Source of the DNA: Candidatus Fraserbacteria bacterium
GTDB taxonomy: Bacteria; Bipolaricaulota; Bipolaricaulia; RBG-16-55-9
Length of the DNA: 34,283 nt
Reading direction: 5' to 3'
Assembly (NCBI GenBank): GCA_037442925.1
Contig: JBBIPG010000017.1
Span: 1 to 34,283, forward strand
The notes beneath the pieces are model-generated. The model was not told the DNA's origin. It saw nothing but the letters and a program-made list of their open reading frames with translations, and searched no databases. The number at the start of each line of letters is the position of its first letter. Within the stretch, counting starts at the first letter, position 1. Shown one piece after another: positions 9,334 through 18,942 of the stretch. A program made the position numbers and the translations under genes.

Positions 9334-9464
9334 CTTCCTCTGTTGCCTTTTTGACTGCTGAGCCCGAATGTGCTGCCATCATAGCTTGTAGCACATACTC
9401 CAGCAACCAATGCTACGATCCAGAGTCGGTATAGCGTCCAGCCGCCCTGCTAGGCCAGCAAGCA

Positions 9465-9806
9465 TTAAAGGCCCACAAGGATGCGCAGGCGATCCTCCAC
9501 GTCTGCCAGCGTAGCCTGTGTAACCCTTCCCCTCAGCTCCACCAACCGTTCCTTGGCTACCGAGCGCACATCCTCGCACTTGATAAAGCTCCGCCGCTTG
9601 AGTCCTCCTTCGGGCGGGCGGACCTCCACGTGAAACGGGATGCCCTTCTCCTTGCTGGTGAGGGGGATAATGAGGACCAAGTCTGCCGGGCCATGGTTGA
9701 ACTCATCGACGGAAATCACAAGACCAGGGCGCCGGCCCGCTGCCTCGTGCCCTCGGATCGGGGAGAGATCCACCAGCCAGATCTCCCCACGGGACGGCCT
9801 GAGCAA
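9465..9806 (-). CDS. mazF: Type II TA toxin, PemK/MazF family
   Basis: RGEIWLVDLSPIRGHE..GRRPGLVIS, IIPLTS and CEDVRSV; GGAGGAG RBS before a TTG start. Confidence 0.92.
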   Translation of the reverse strand: MLRPSRGEIWLVDLSPIRGHEAAGRRPGLVISVDEFNHGPADLVLIIPLTSKEKGIPFHVEVRPPEGGLKRRSFIKCEDVRSVAKERLVELRGRVTQATLADVEDRLRILVGL

Positions 9807-9809
9807 AGC

Positions 9810-10055
9810 TTACTCCTCCAGCCCATCGGCGAGGGTGCCTTCCCAAGCGGTCCGCTCTTCTTCTTCGTCGGCCCAGGCCTCCTTGTCCGCTCGTAGGGCC
9901 GCAAAAGCTACGTTGGCTTCTTTCAGGAACAACTCCCGCCGGTAGCGTTCCACCGCTTCATCCAGGAGTTCTTGAAGCTTCCTCCCGGTTTGGGAGGACA
10001 ACTTCTGTAAGGTCTCTCTGGCCTCCTGGCTGATCCGCATGGTAGTACTGGCCAT
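9810..10055 (-). CDS. Antitoxin (RHH-like) of the MazF toxin
   Basis: MASTTMRISQEARETL...ELLDEAVERYRR...WEGTLADGLEE; GAGGAGG RBS before ATG 10055; directly upstream of mazF. Confidence 0.82.
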   Translation of the reverse strand: MASTTMRISQEARETLQKLSSQTGRKLQELLDEAVERYRRELFLKEANVAFAALRADKEAWADEEEERTAWEGTLADGLEE

Positions 10056-10081
10056 CGTCTTCCTCCTCATCGTTACGAATT

Positions 10082-10110
10082 AGTTTACAAAAGAGTGACA
10101 TACTCGTCAA
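10082..10110 (-). promoter_or_regulatory. Putative sigma70 promoter of the MazEF-like module
   Basis: Minus strand TTGACG, 17-bp spacer, TAAACT. Confidence 0.55.
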
Positions 10111-10121
10111 GAGGAGGTTCC

Positions 10122-11243
10122 CTACCTGTGATTTGAGGGACCGATGGGCGCAATATGGCCTTCACTCTCCAAGTGTTGGACGATCCGCTCCGCCGCCCGG
10201 CCGTCGCCGTAAGGAGCCTCACACGTAGAGCCTGGCTGAGCTGTGCGCACGGCCCCCAAGATGCGGTCACGTTCACAGCCCACCAGCACGTTCCAGCCCG
10301 CTTCGACCGTTTCTACCCACTCCGTCTCGTCTCTTAATGTCACGCACGGCACCCGGAAGAAGAACGCTTCTTTCTGTACTCCACCCGAATCTGTCAGGAT
10401 AATCTTCGCGTTTTTCTCCAAGAGCAACATATCGAGATAGGAGGTAGGCTTGATGAGTTGCAATCGATTTGTGGACAGCCCAATGGTCTCCAACTGCTTG
10501 CGGGTTCGAGGATGCAAGGGCACAACCACGTGCAAGCCCTCTCCGGCAATCGCTTCCAGCGCTTGGAAGATGGACTTCAGCCTCCCCGCGTCATCCGTGT
10601 TCTCTGCCCGATGCACAGTCACAAGACAGTAAGCTTTGGGGTTCAGCTTGAGCTCGTCCAAGATTCCTGATCGTTTTTCTGCCAACTGCACGTTGTATAA
10701 CACGGAGTCATACATTACATCGCCCACAAGGTGGACGCCATTTGTGATTCCTTCTCGCTCGAGATTCTTCACTGCTGTCTCTGTGGGACAGAAGAGGAGA
10801 TCTGAGACGTGATCCGTGAGTACGCGATTGATCTCTTCGGGCATCTTCTTGTTGAAGCTACGCAGACCTGCTTCAACGTGGGCCACCGGGATGTGGAGCT
10901 TGGCAGCAGCTAATGCGCCTGCGAGGGTGCTATTGGTGTCTCCATGGACCATGACCAGATCGGGTTTTTCTTTTAAAAGCACTTCTTCGATGCGCTTGAG
11001 TATTTCGCCCGTCTGATCCGCATGGGTGCCGGAGCCTACGTCGAGATGATGATCCGGCGACTTCAACCCCAGCTCCTCAAAGAAGACCTGAGACATCTCG
11101 TAGTCGTAGTGCTGGCCGGTGTGCACGAGAATCTCTTGAACTGCTCGTTGGGGATACTGGCGATTGTGCTTCTCGAGGGCCCGCAAGATGGGCCCGACTT
11201 TGATGAACTGCGGTCGAGCACCGACGATATTGAGAAGTCTCAT
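10122..11243 (-). CDS. wecB: UDP-N-acetylglucosamine 2-epimerase, non-hydrolysing (WecB/WbpI-like)
   Basis: VGARPQFIK, HTGQHYD, GDTNSTLAG, HVEAGLRS, PEEINR, TDSGGVQKEA and RDETEW motifs. Confidence 0.95.
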   Translation of the reverse strand: MRLLNIVGARPQFIKVGPILRALEKHNRQYPQRAVQEILVHTGQHYDYEMSQVFFEELGLKSPDHHLDVGSGTHADQTGEILKRIEEVLLKEKPDLVMVHGDTNSTLAGALAAAKLHIPVAHVEAGLRSFNKKMPEEINRVLTDHVSDLLFCPTETAVKNLEREGITNGVHLVGDVMYDSVLYNVQLAEKRSGILDELKLNPKAYCLVTVHRAENTDDAGRLKSIFQALEAIAGEGLHVVVPLHPRTRKQLETIGLSTNRLQLIKPTSYLDMLLLEKNAKIILTDSGGVQKEAFFFRVPCVTLRDETEWVETVEAGWNVLVGCERDRILGAVRTAQPGSTCEAPYGDGRAAERIVQHLESEGHIAPIGPSNHR

Positions 11244-12373
11244 GCTCTGGCCGAAAATTCCTGAACGTTTCTGATGATATGTTCTCGCTCTTCCCCGGTC
11301 AACTCCGGGAAGATCGGCAGCGAGAGCACTTCACGACTGGCCTGCTCAGACTCTGGTAGCTGCCCTTCTTCATATCCTAGATGCCGGAAGCACGGCTGCA
11401 GATGTAACGGGAGGGGGTAGTAAACCTCCGTGGCTATGCCGCGCTCGTTCAGGAATTCCCGCAGCGCGTCACGGCGACCACCAGCCACCCGAATCGTGTA
11501 CTGATGGAAGATATGAGTTCGTTCGGAAGATCGATGGGGCACAGTAATTCCGTTGATGCCTGCCAGAAGCTCATCATAAGATGCAGCGTGTCTCTGGCGG
11601 GCACGCGTCCATTCGTCCAGATGGGCAAGCTTAACTCGGAGGACCGCGGCCTGTAAGGCATCCAAGCGAGAGTTGGTGCCCACCAGATGATGATGATATT
11701 TGGGCTTCGACCCGTGAACTCTCAGCAGGCGCACCCGCTCAGCCAGCGCGTCGTCGTTGGTGACGACAAGCCCACCATCACCGTAGGCTCCTAGATTCTT
11801 GGTGGGGAAGAAACTGAAGCAACCCAGATGCCCGATTGCACCCACGGCGCGAACGCGATATTCCGCACCGATGGCTTGGGCTGCGTCTTCAATCACCGTT
11901 AGCTCATACCGCCGAGCGATCTCTAATAGCTCGTCCATGTCAGCGGCCTGACCATAGAGATGGACCGGGATGATCGCCTTTGTCTGGGCTTGAAGCTGGG
12001 CATCGGACTCAAGCAGGTCGAGTACGTGGTTGGGGTTGACATTGAACGTCTTGGGGTCAATATCGGTGAAGACGGGCGTTGCACCGACGTGACAGACCGT
12101 CCCAGCGGTGGCGAAGAACGTGAAGCTAGGCACGATGACTCTATCTCCGGGGCCGATGCCCGCCGCTTTGAGAGAGAGCCAGAGGGCATCCGTGCCGCTG
12201 GCTACCCCGATGGCATGCCTGACGCCTACATACTGAGCGACCTCGCGCTCGAAGGCTTGGACTTCCGAGCCTAGAATAAACTGCCCCGACTCGATCACAC
12301 GCGCGATAGCGCCGTCAATCTCGTTCTTGATGGACTGATACTGACGCTGTAAGTCGAGAATGGGAATCTTCAT
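11240..12373 (-). CDS. DegT/DnrJ/EryC1/StrS aminotransferase (WbpE-like)
   Basis: [34 protein letters not shown] (PLP lysine) and NSRLD; start 12373 overlaps the upstream stop (ATGA). Confidence 0.93.
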   Translation of the reverse strand: MKIPILDLQRQYQSIKNEIDGAIARVIESGQFILGSEVQAFEREVAQYVGVRHAIGVASGTDALWLSLKAAGIGPGDRVIVPSFTFFATAGTVCHVGATPVFTDIDPKTFNVNPNHVLDLLESDAQLQAQTKAIIPVHLYGQAADMDELLEIARRYELTVIEDAAQAIGAEYRVRAVGAIGHLGCFSFFPTKNLGAYGDGGLVVTNDDALAERVRLLRVHGSKPKYHHHLVGTNSRLDALQAAVLRVKLAHLDEWTRARQRHAASYDELLAGINGITVPHRSSERTHIFHQYTIRVAGGRRDALREFLNERGIATEVYYPLPLHLQPCFRHLGYEEGQLPESEQASREVLSLPIFPELTGEEREHIIRNVQEFSARA

Positions 12374-12951
12374 AGATGGACGATTCGCCCCTTGCTCTCT
12401 TGACGATACTGACGCCCGCACTGTGCACAGTGGGCGTGCTGGTTTTGGAAGTGCAGTCTCTCGCCGCACTCGCACATCCAGCCGTGGACTCGGGCCGGGA
12501 CACCGTAGGCGATGGCATGAGCGGGTACGTCTTGGGTAACGACCGCACCAGCTCCGATGAAGGCATGCTCTCCCAGCGTCACCCCACAGATGATCGTGGC
12601 ATTGGCTCCGATAGAGCAGCCGCGCTTGACAAGAGTTTTCACAAAGCGCTCCGGTCCTTTGGAATCAGCCGCCCGTGGATTTAGATCATTCGTGAAGACC
12701 ATCGAAGGACCACAGAAAACATGCTCTTCCAGCGTGACGCCCTCATAGACCGAGACGTTATTCTGAATCTTGCATCCCTCCCCAATGACGACATTGCGCC
12801 CGATGAAGACATTCTGCCCGATGGTGCAGTTCTTGCCGATCCGGGCGCCGTTCATGATGTGACAGAAGTGCCAAATCTTCGTGCCTGTGCCGACAACCAC
12901 ATTCTCGTCCACGTACGAGGACTCGTGCACGAAATAACCCTGCTCACTCAT
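12370..12951 (-). CDS. Hexapeptide-repeat N-acetyltransferase (WbpD-like)
   Basis: [36 protein letters not shown] and GVPAR, with a C-terminal CxC...CxxC; start 12951 overlaps the upstream stop (ATGA). Confidence 0.92.
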   Translation of the reverse strand: MSEQGYFVHESSYVDENVVVGTGTKIWHFCHIMNGARIGKNCTIGQNVFIGRNVVIGEGCKIQNNVSVYEGVTLEEHVFCGPSMVFTNDLNPRAADSKGPERFVKTLVKRGCSIGANATIICGVTLGEHAFIGAGAVVTQDVPAHAIAYGVPARVHGWMCECGERLHFQNQHAHCAQCGRQYRQESKGRIVHL

Positions 12952-13955
12952 GGTGTACCGACCTCTTCCAACATGACAGGCGCTCCGTGGGAGTCGATTG
13001 ATCGTTGCGCCGCTTCCAGGACGCGCAATACTCTCAAGCCATCGCGCCCGTCGCTGCGCGGCGGCTCTCCCCGCTGCATACAAGAGAGGAAATGCTCACA
13101 AGCAGCTCGCAACGGTTCGCGGGCTGGAAGGGGCACGACTTGAGCGCCCTCATCGTGCGGCAGAAAAGCGTTATGAGCTCTTGCCATGTATTTCTTGAAG
13201 AGCAGCAACTTCTGCGAGGCCGTATCGTCAAAGATCGCCATTCTCTGGCTGCCGATAACCACCAGCTTGCGGGCTTTCCGGGGGTCGAGCCAACTGACGT
13301 GCAGATGCGCGCGCACGCTGTGTGCGAACTCCAACATCACGAGAGCCATATCGTCAATGGCATCTTGTAAATAACGAGCACCGTGAGCCCACACGCACTG
13401 AGGTTCTTTCCCCAATAGGTGCAGCACAACAGAGATATCGTGGGGGGCTAGGCTCCACAGGGCGTTCTCTTCCGTGCGAACGATTCCCAAATTGAGCCGC
13501 TCACTGTAGAGGTAAAAGATCTCTCCTAGCGCTCCTTGCTGGATGGAACGTCTCAGCTGCTCGATAGCGGGGTGATACTCCAATAGGTGATCCACCATGA
13601 GCACGCGCTGTTCTCGTTCTGCCAGATCGATCAGGTCTTGGGCCTCAGAGCAGTGCATGGCGATAGGCTTCTCGACAAAGACATGCTTGCCGGCAGAGAG
13701 GGACTGGCGGGCCAAAGCGTAATGTGTGACAACAGGCGTGGCGATGACCACGGCTTCTACGTGAGAATCGTTCAATACAGCGGAGAGATCCGAGGTGATG
13801 CTCACGTCAGGGTAGTGGGATCGAAGTCCTTGAAGACGGTGGGCGTCGATGTCACAGGCAATGACGTGCTCTTCGTCTAGGAGGGCGCAGAAGCTTCTGA
13901 GAAGATTCCTGCCCCAATTGCCCACACCGACGACGGCCAGCTTCTTCTTATTCAT
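12948..13955 (-). CDS. Gfo/Idh/MocA oxidoreductase (WbpB-like UDP-GlcNAcA 3-dehydrogenase)
   Basis: GVGNWG Rossmann motif, [23 protein letters not shown] and VSWLDP. Confidence 0.9.
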   Translation of the reverse strand: MNKKKLAVVGVGNWGRNLLRSFCALLDEEHVIACDIDAHRLQGLRSHYPDVSITSDLSAVLNDSHVEAVVIATPVVTHYALARQSLSAGKHVFVEKPIAMHCSEAQDLIDLAEREQRVLMVDHLLEYHPAIEQLRRSIQQGALGEIFYLYSERLNLGIVRTEENALWSLAPHDISVVLHLLGKEPQCVWAHGARYLQDAIDDMALVMLEFAHSVRAHLHVSWLDPRKARKLVVIGSQRMAIFDDTASQKLLLFKKYMARAHNAFLPHDEGAQVVPLPAREPLRAACEHFLSCMQRGEPPRSDGRDGLRVLRVLEAAQRSIDSHGAPVMLEEVGTP

Positions 13956-15261
13956 GGAGGGCTCCCAATCGGAAGATATGGGGGGCCGACAAGCCGCTGA
14001 GCGCGTTGCGCGTGTCGTAGATGAGCGGGCCATGCTGGACGACCAGACTGTAATCAACGCTCGAGTGCTCGGTCGTTATAATGACGAGATCTGACTGCTT
14101 CAAGATCTCGGCGGTCAAGGGGATCGACGAATACTCTTGGTCTGCGATCCAGCAGCGCGGGATATGTGGATCATGATAAGAAAGCCGGGCGCCCCATTGG
14201 AGAAGATTCTGTGCCACCTTAAGCGCCGGAGACTCGCGCAGGTCATCCACGTCTTTCTTGTAAGCGATGCCCAATAGTAGCACGCATGCACCGTGGAGGC
14301 ATTTCTTATGTCGGTTGAGAATCTCAGCAGCCTGAGCGACGACATACTCGGGCATGGAGTTATTGATTTCGCCAGCTAATTCAATGAAGCGGGTACTGAA
14401 ATCATATTCTTTGGCTTTCCAGAGAAGATAGAAGGGATCGACGCCGATGCAATGGCCACCGATTCCCGGCCCAGGATAGAAGGGCATGAACCCAAAAGGT
14501 TTGGTCTTGGCGGCTTCGATAACTTCCCAGATGTCAATTCCCATGCGGTCACAGAGCATGGCCAGCTCATTGACTAAGGAGACGTTCACGATACGAAACG
14601 TATTCTCCAAGAGTTTGCTCATCTCAGCGACGCGTGGGGAAGAAACTGCCAAGACTTTCTCTTGGATGATCGCTTCGTAAAGAGATTTGGCAAGCTCCGT
14701 GCAGCGGGGGGTGACGCCGCCTACGACCTTGGGCGTGTTCTTGACGTTGAAGTGGCGGTTGCCAGGATCCACGCGCTCGGGTGAAAAGGCTAGATAGAAA
14801 TCCTTACCGACCTCGAAGCCGCGGCTCTCAATCCGAGGTAAAATGACTTCTTCCGTTGTCCCCGGATAGGTCGTGCTCTCCAGCACCATAAGCTGCTGTT
14901 CTCTCAAGTGCGGCAGACTTTGATCGACGACGTATTCGATATACGTCGTATCGGGATTCTTGTTCTTGTCCAAGGGGGTCGGCACACAGATCGTAATCAC
15001 ATCGACATTCGCGATGGCATCGAACGTCTGAGTGGCCTGCAGCCTCCCACGCTGGACCACCTCCTCAAGATCGAGATTGATCACGTCAGGAATGTAATTC
15101 TTGCCCCGATTGACCATCTGGACACGCCTAGGGTTGCGCTCGATGCCGATCACTGCGAAGCCGACTTTGGCCTTTTCGACAGCCAAGGGCAGGCCGACAT
15201 ATCCCAGGCCAATGACGGCGATCACAGCCTTCCTATTTTGAATCTTTTCAAGTAAGTCCAT
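13948..15261 (-). CDS. UDP-N-acetyl-hexosamine 6-dehydrogenase (WbpA/WecC/TviB family)
   Basis: IGLGYVGLP, ICVPTP, ESTTYPGTT, SPERVDPG, KLLENTFR, GIGGHCI and YKKDVDDLRESP motifs. Confidence 0.95.
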   Translation of the reverse strand: MDLLEKIQNRKAVIAVIGLGYVGLPLAVEKAKVGFAVIGIERNPRRVQMVNRGKNYIPDVINLDLEEVVQRGRLQATQTFDAIANVDVITICVPTPLDKNKNPDTTYIEYVVDQSLPHLREQQLMVLESTTYPGTTEEVILPRIESRGFEVGKDFYLAFSPERVDPGNRHFNVKNTPKVVGGVTPRCTELAKSLYEAIIQEKVLAVSSPRVAEMSKLLENTFRIVNVSLVNELAMLCDRMGIDIWEVIEAAKTKPFGFMPFYPGPGIGGHCIGVDPFYLLWKAKEYDFSTRFIELAGEINNSMPEYVVAQAAEILNRHKKCLHGACVLLLGIAYKKDVDDLRESPALKVAQNLLQWGARLSYHDPHIPRCWIADQEYSSIPLTAEILKQSDLVIITTEHSSVDYSLVVQHGPLIYDTRNALSGLSAPHIFRLGALHE

Positions 15262-15283
15262 GCCTATTTGTGTAAGGGATCTG

Positions 15284-16069
15284 TTACATATACCCCAGCG
15301 CTCGAAGCCGCTCCATCACACCCTCTTTGTCCTGTTCGCGTCCTGCGCGCTCTCCGATCCCCAGCTTCTGCTCCCACGCCGGACGGTCATCTGTCTTGGC
15401 TCCTTCGATGGAGTCCAACGATCTGTACCCCTGAGCATAGAGAGGATGCATGGGTAAGCCCTCTCTTAACATTACATTCCAGATGTCCTGCTCCGTCAAG
15501 GGCAAGATGGGATGCACACGGGTGTGCGGCGGGTCCTCCCGGAAAGATACGAATTGCTCTTGGGCGCGAGCCGGATGCTCATCCCAGCGAATCCCCACAA
15601 AGACATAATCAAAGCCATGTGCGCGAATGGCCTGCTTGAGCGCGACGGTCTTCAAGAGATGATTTCCCGCGGGCGTATCCAGCGTATACGGGAATGTCTC
15701 ATCACAGTAGCCCAAGACTTCTCGTAATTCTCGCTGATTCTCTTCGTTTAAGTCATCCACGCAAATGGGTTCATCAAGCTTGCAAGCGTGCGCGAGAACG
15801 TCCTCGTTGCGGGCGATGAGCAGATCGAGCTTCCATTGTGCCTTGACTTGATCGATTAGCCTCCAAGTCTCAGGGAAATGGAGCCCATGGTCGATCAAGA
15901 GAGTGGGGATCGTCTTTGAGCTTGCTTGGCGGACGAGCCACAAGAGTACCGTGGAGTCCTTGCCCCCTGTGTAGAGAACCACAGGACGCTTGGCTTGCCT
16001 CAGCGATTGGGCGATAACACTTCGGGCGTGGGTGAGTTTTTCGGCTAGCGATGACGAAGATAACTGCAT
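15284..16069 (-). CDS. PAPS-reductase-superfamily protein, most like sulfate adenylyltransferase subunit 2 (CysD-like)
   Basis: PP-loop TGGKDS, GIRWDE, RVHPIL, HPLYAQGYRSL and C-terminal ERAGREQDKEGVMERLRALGYM; lacks the ECGLH motif of CysH. Confidence 0.75.
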   Translation of the reverse strand: MQLSSSSLAEKLTHARSVIAQSLRQAKRPVVLYTGGKDSTVLLWLVRQASSKTIPTLLIDHGLHFPETWRLIDQVKAQWKLDLLIARNEDVLAHACKLDEPICVDDLNEENQRELREVLGYCDETFPYTLDTPAGNHLLKTVALKQAIRAHGFDYVFVGIRWDEHPARAQEQFVSFREDPPHTRVHPILPLTEQDIWNVMLREGLPMHPLYAQGYRSLDSIEGAKTDDRPAWEQKLGIGERAGREQDKEGVMERLRALGYM

Positions 16070-16088
16070 GAATCATTCCTCCTCAAAG

Positions 16089-16193
16089 GATCGGTCAACG
16101 GATAGAATAGCGGATTCGCAGATGAAATGCAGCTTGACGATCCCATGCCAGTCTCACCAATCCGTTAATCCGTTTCACATCCGTTGACAGATC
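16089..16193. repeat. Intergenic palindromic element with terminal inverted repeats and internal CGGAT/ATCCG units
   Basis: GATCGGTCAACGGAT (16089-16103) pairs with ATCCGTTGACAGATC (16179-16193) at 14/15 positions; ATCCGTT occurs three times in 16160-16185. Confidence 0.75.
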
Positions 16194-17528
16194 TCACTCC
16201 AGCAGATTCCCCCCCTCGAACTCGTGGGGGATCGTAAGCCCCATGAGTGCAAAGATCGTGGGTGCCACATCCAAGATCGATGGCTGCTTATTGGCCATCT
16301 CGTGCAGCTTGTGTCCCCGCACGTAAACGAGGGCTTCTTCATACGTATGCATCCCCGTGCGAGCTGTGCGCTGGAATAGTCCTTCATTGCCTATGCCAGC
16401 CTTCAGGTCATACCCATTTTGGGGGTGAGCGATGAGTTCCGCCGCTTGAGAGAGGAGTGGCCCCTGATAGATCTCCGCGCGCGTGTAGACCCGCTGGATT
16501 ACAGGATCACCGCTCTCGGGGCCCTTAAGTTCGTAGAGCGCGTCTTTGAGTTCATCCAGCAGCTGTGGAGCATCTTGGGGGTCCACGCTTCCGCCCGTCT
16601 CACGACCCTTCAGGTTGAGATAGATCCGCCCCGGCGTGAGACTATAGGCGACGGAGGACGGATCGAGATCGCTCAGGCTCTGAGCCGCTTTCTTAAAGCG
16701 AAGATACCCCAATTCTGTCAAGTAGCGGTTGAGGTCGACTTCGTAGCGAATATCGCAGAAGCCGTGATCGGAGAGGATCATCAACTGCGTGTCGTCATCG
16801 AGCGTGTCCGCCACTTGCCCGATCAATTCATCTACTCTTGTGTAAAACTCGCAGAAGTCACGATGGCGGGGATGCAAAGTGTCATCTTTGGCATCCCAGA
16901 AGAAGTGATTCATGCGATCGGTCTCCATGATGTGAAGCATGAAGAAATCCCACTCTTGTTCTTCCAAGAGCCGAAAGGCCAGCTTGCCGCGTGCGCGGAG
17001 TGCTTGGAAGATCTCTGCTAGGAAAGCAGTCTGATCACGGTGGGCCAGCCAGGGCTCCGCATCGACGAGGTAGTTGAGTGATTTGAGCAGGGGCACCAGC
17101 GACGCGGGGTAGGTTGCCTTCTCTACAGTCGGGCTAAGAAAATCTCCGATGAGGATGCCCTCGATGGAATCGGGCGGGTACGTTCCAGGCACATTGATGG
17201 CAATGACACGCTTTTGACGTTCGTTCAGGCGCCTCCAGAGGCTCTGTGCCCGAAGGCGTGAAGAGGTGACCACAATGGGATGAAGCTCTGGGTCCCGATC
17301 GGTGAAGCCAAAGATGCCGTGCTTCGCTGGATTGACACCCGTTGAGAACGTAGCCCAAGCAACAGAGGAGATCACAGGGAGAACGGAATTCATCTTCATG
17401 AGAGATCCCTGCCTGATCAAGCGCTGGAAGTGAGGCATCTGCCCCTTCTGACAAGCCTCTTGTACGAAAGAATAGGGTACGCCGTCAATGCCGAGTACGA
17501 AGAGTCGTTTGTCTCTTAGTGTTGTCAT
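16194..17528 (-). CDS. Alkaline phosphatase superfamily protein (type I phosphodiesterase/nucleotide pyrophosphatase family)
   Basis: LGIDGV, SSVAWATFSTG, ETDRMNH, SDHGF, TGMH and ILDVAPTI; start 17528 overlaps the upstream stop (ATGA). Confidence 0.88.
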   Translation of the reverse strand: MTTLRDKRLFVLGIDGVPYSFVQEACQKGQMPHFQRLIRQGSLMKMNSVLPVISSVAWATFSTGVNPAKHGIFGFTDRDPELHPIVVTSSRLRAQSLWRRLNERQKRVIAINVPGTYPPDSIEGILIGDFLSPTVEKATYPASLVPLLKSLNYLVDAEPWLAHRDQTAFLAEIFQALRARGKLAFRLLEEQEWDFFMLHIMETDRMNHFFWDAKDDTLHPRHRDFCEFYTRVDELIGQVADTLDDDTQLMILSDHGFCDIRYEVDLNRYLTELGYLRFKKAAQSLSDLDPSSVAYSLTPGRIYLNLKGRETGGSVDPQDAPQLLDELKDALYELKGPESGDPVIQRVYTRAEIYQGPLLSQAAELIAHPQNGYDLKAGIGNEGLFQRTARTGMHTYEEALVYVRGHKLHEMANKQPSILDVAPTIFALMGLTIPHEFEGGNLLE

Positions 17529-18478
17529 GCTGGCACATCCTTTACCGGAAGATGAGTTTCGTATACCTGAGCCAAGCATAAAGCCAGCTTGAGGGAGGCT
17601 TCGAGATTCCGGGTTGTTACGTGTTCGATGTTGAGTCCTAGAGGTACAGATATCCCCTCGTTCTCCACGAATTCCATAAGTTCTCTAAGAATCTGTTCGG
17701 CCACTTGGGTGGATCGCTCCCCAATTCCGGACTTTTCTCTCAAGATGAAACGCTCGAATTCAGAAGGGATCTCCACTCCCCACCATCGGAGAAAGCGTAC
17801 GTCGGATTCTGACGAGACGGGAGCGAAACTCAGAAAAATCCTCTTTGGCTCCACACGGAGTTCTCGACAACGCTCCTGATAATCTCTGAGTAGTTTCTTC
17901 ATGTGCGCCGCTTCGTAGATCACTTGGCTGATGAAAAACGCGATCCCACTTCTCGCCTTCTCAATGAGGCGCTCGGGCTCGTTGGGGCGGGTAGGGATCG
18001 TGATTCCTCCCAGAAAAAAATCCCCAAAGATAAAAGAACGCCCGATGAGTCGGGCTGCTTCCGCCACCGAGGGACCGGGATAACGAACCCGGCTCGAATC
18101 TCCTCCCACCAACACAAGATTTCGAATGCGATAGTCCCGCCAAGTCTTCATGAGCCACTGTCGTTGGTTGGCCCAGTGGGTGTACACGATGCCGCGATCC
18201 ACAATCACCTCCCCTCGATGATCAAAACGCTCCTGAATGAGGCGAGCAAAAGACCGAGGCTCCATCTTTGGCGTGAAGGGAGTCACTCGAGGATTTCGAG
18301 TCTCCGGGCGCACTTCCGGGATGTTGATCGCCACCACAGGGAGATCATATATGAGCCCTTGCATGCTTTCCAGGCGTGCCTCGATCTCTGCTTGTGGCGC
18401 ACCCGCGGGCGGCGGGACGATCGTATAGATCACGAGCTGCTGCCAAGGATCTTCCATCTTTAACCGGAAGGAATTCAT
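17525..18478 (-). CDS. Methylenetetrahydrofolate reductase-like protein (divergent MetF/MTHFR fold)
   Basis: INIPEV, LVLVGGD, GGITIPTR..EPERLIEK..GIAFFISQVIY and LSFAP..DVRFLRW.GV resemble the MTHFR fold; ATGA-coupled to ribH. Confidence 0.6.
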   Translation of the reverse strand: MNSFRLKMEDPWQQLVIYTIVPPPAGAPQAEIEARLESMQGLIYDLPVVAINIPEVRPETRNPRVTPFTPKMEPRSFARLIQERFDHRGEVIVDRGIVYTHWANQRQWLMKTWRDYRIRNLVLVGGDSSRVRYPGPSVAEAARLIGRSFIFGDFFLGGITIPTRPNEPERLIEKARSGIAFFISQVIYEAAHMKKLLRDYQERCRELRVEPKRIFLSFAPVSSESDVRFLRWWGVEIPSEFERFILREKSGIGERSTQVAEQILRELMEFVENEGISVPLGLNIEHVTTRNLEASLKLALCLAQVYETHLPVKDVPA

Positions 18479-18942
18479 GGCTTGATGGAGTTGAGGGTGT
18501 GGATCAGCTCAATCAAACTCTTCGCAGCTTCCGCGCCTTTGTTCACTTTCGCACCAGCCCGCGCAGCGGCCTGCTCGACGGTATCTGTCGTAAGTACGCC
18601 GAAGACAATGGGAGTCCTCGACTGTAGTGCCAGCTGCGTCAGCCCACATGTCACGGCTTGGCAAATATACTCAAAATGGCGCGTCTCACCCCGAATGACG
18701 CACCCCAGAGGCAAGATTCCATCATAACGTCTTGTCTCGGCCAGTCTTCGCACAGCCTGAGGAAGCTCAAAAGCCCCCGGCACCCAAATCACATCGATGT
18801 CTTTCCCATCCACCCCAAGCTTTGTCAGGGATGTGAGTGCGCCTTTGAGGAGTTTTTGAGTGATGGAGGAATTGAATCGGCTCACGGCCACAGCAATCTT
18901 TAACCCGTCTCCCTGGAGCTTCTGCTTAGACGTCTTGCCCAT
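18475..18942 (-). CDS. ribH: 6,7-dimethyl-8-ribityllumazine synthase
   Basis: [31 protein letters not shown] and NKGAEAA motifs. Confidence 0.97.
   Translation of the reverse strand: MGKTSKQKLQGDGLKIAVAVSRFNSSITQKLLKGALTSLTKLGVDGKDIDVIWVPGAFELPQAVRRLAETRRYDGILPLGCVIRGETRHFEYICQAVTCGLTQLALQSRTPIVFGVLTTDTVEQAAARAGAKVNKGAEAAKSLIELIHTLNSIKP

Noticed and set aside
15284..16069. Calling it cysH (PAPS/APS reductase)
   Set aside because: No C-terminal ECGLH motif and no FeS cysteine motifs; the tail is CysD-like.
16089..16193. CRISPR array or intrinsic terminator
   Set aside because: Repeat units are only 5-8 bp with no spacers, and there is no clear U-tract after the stem.
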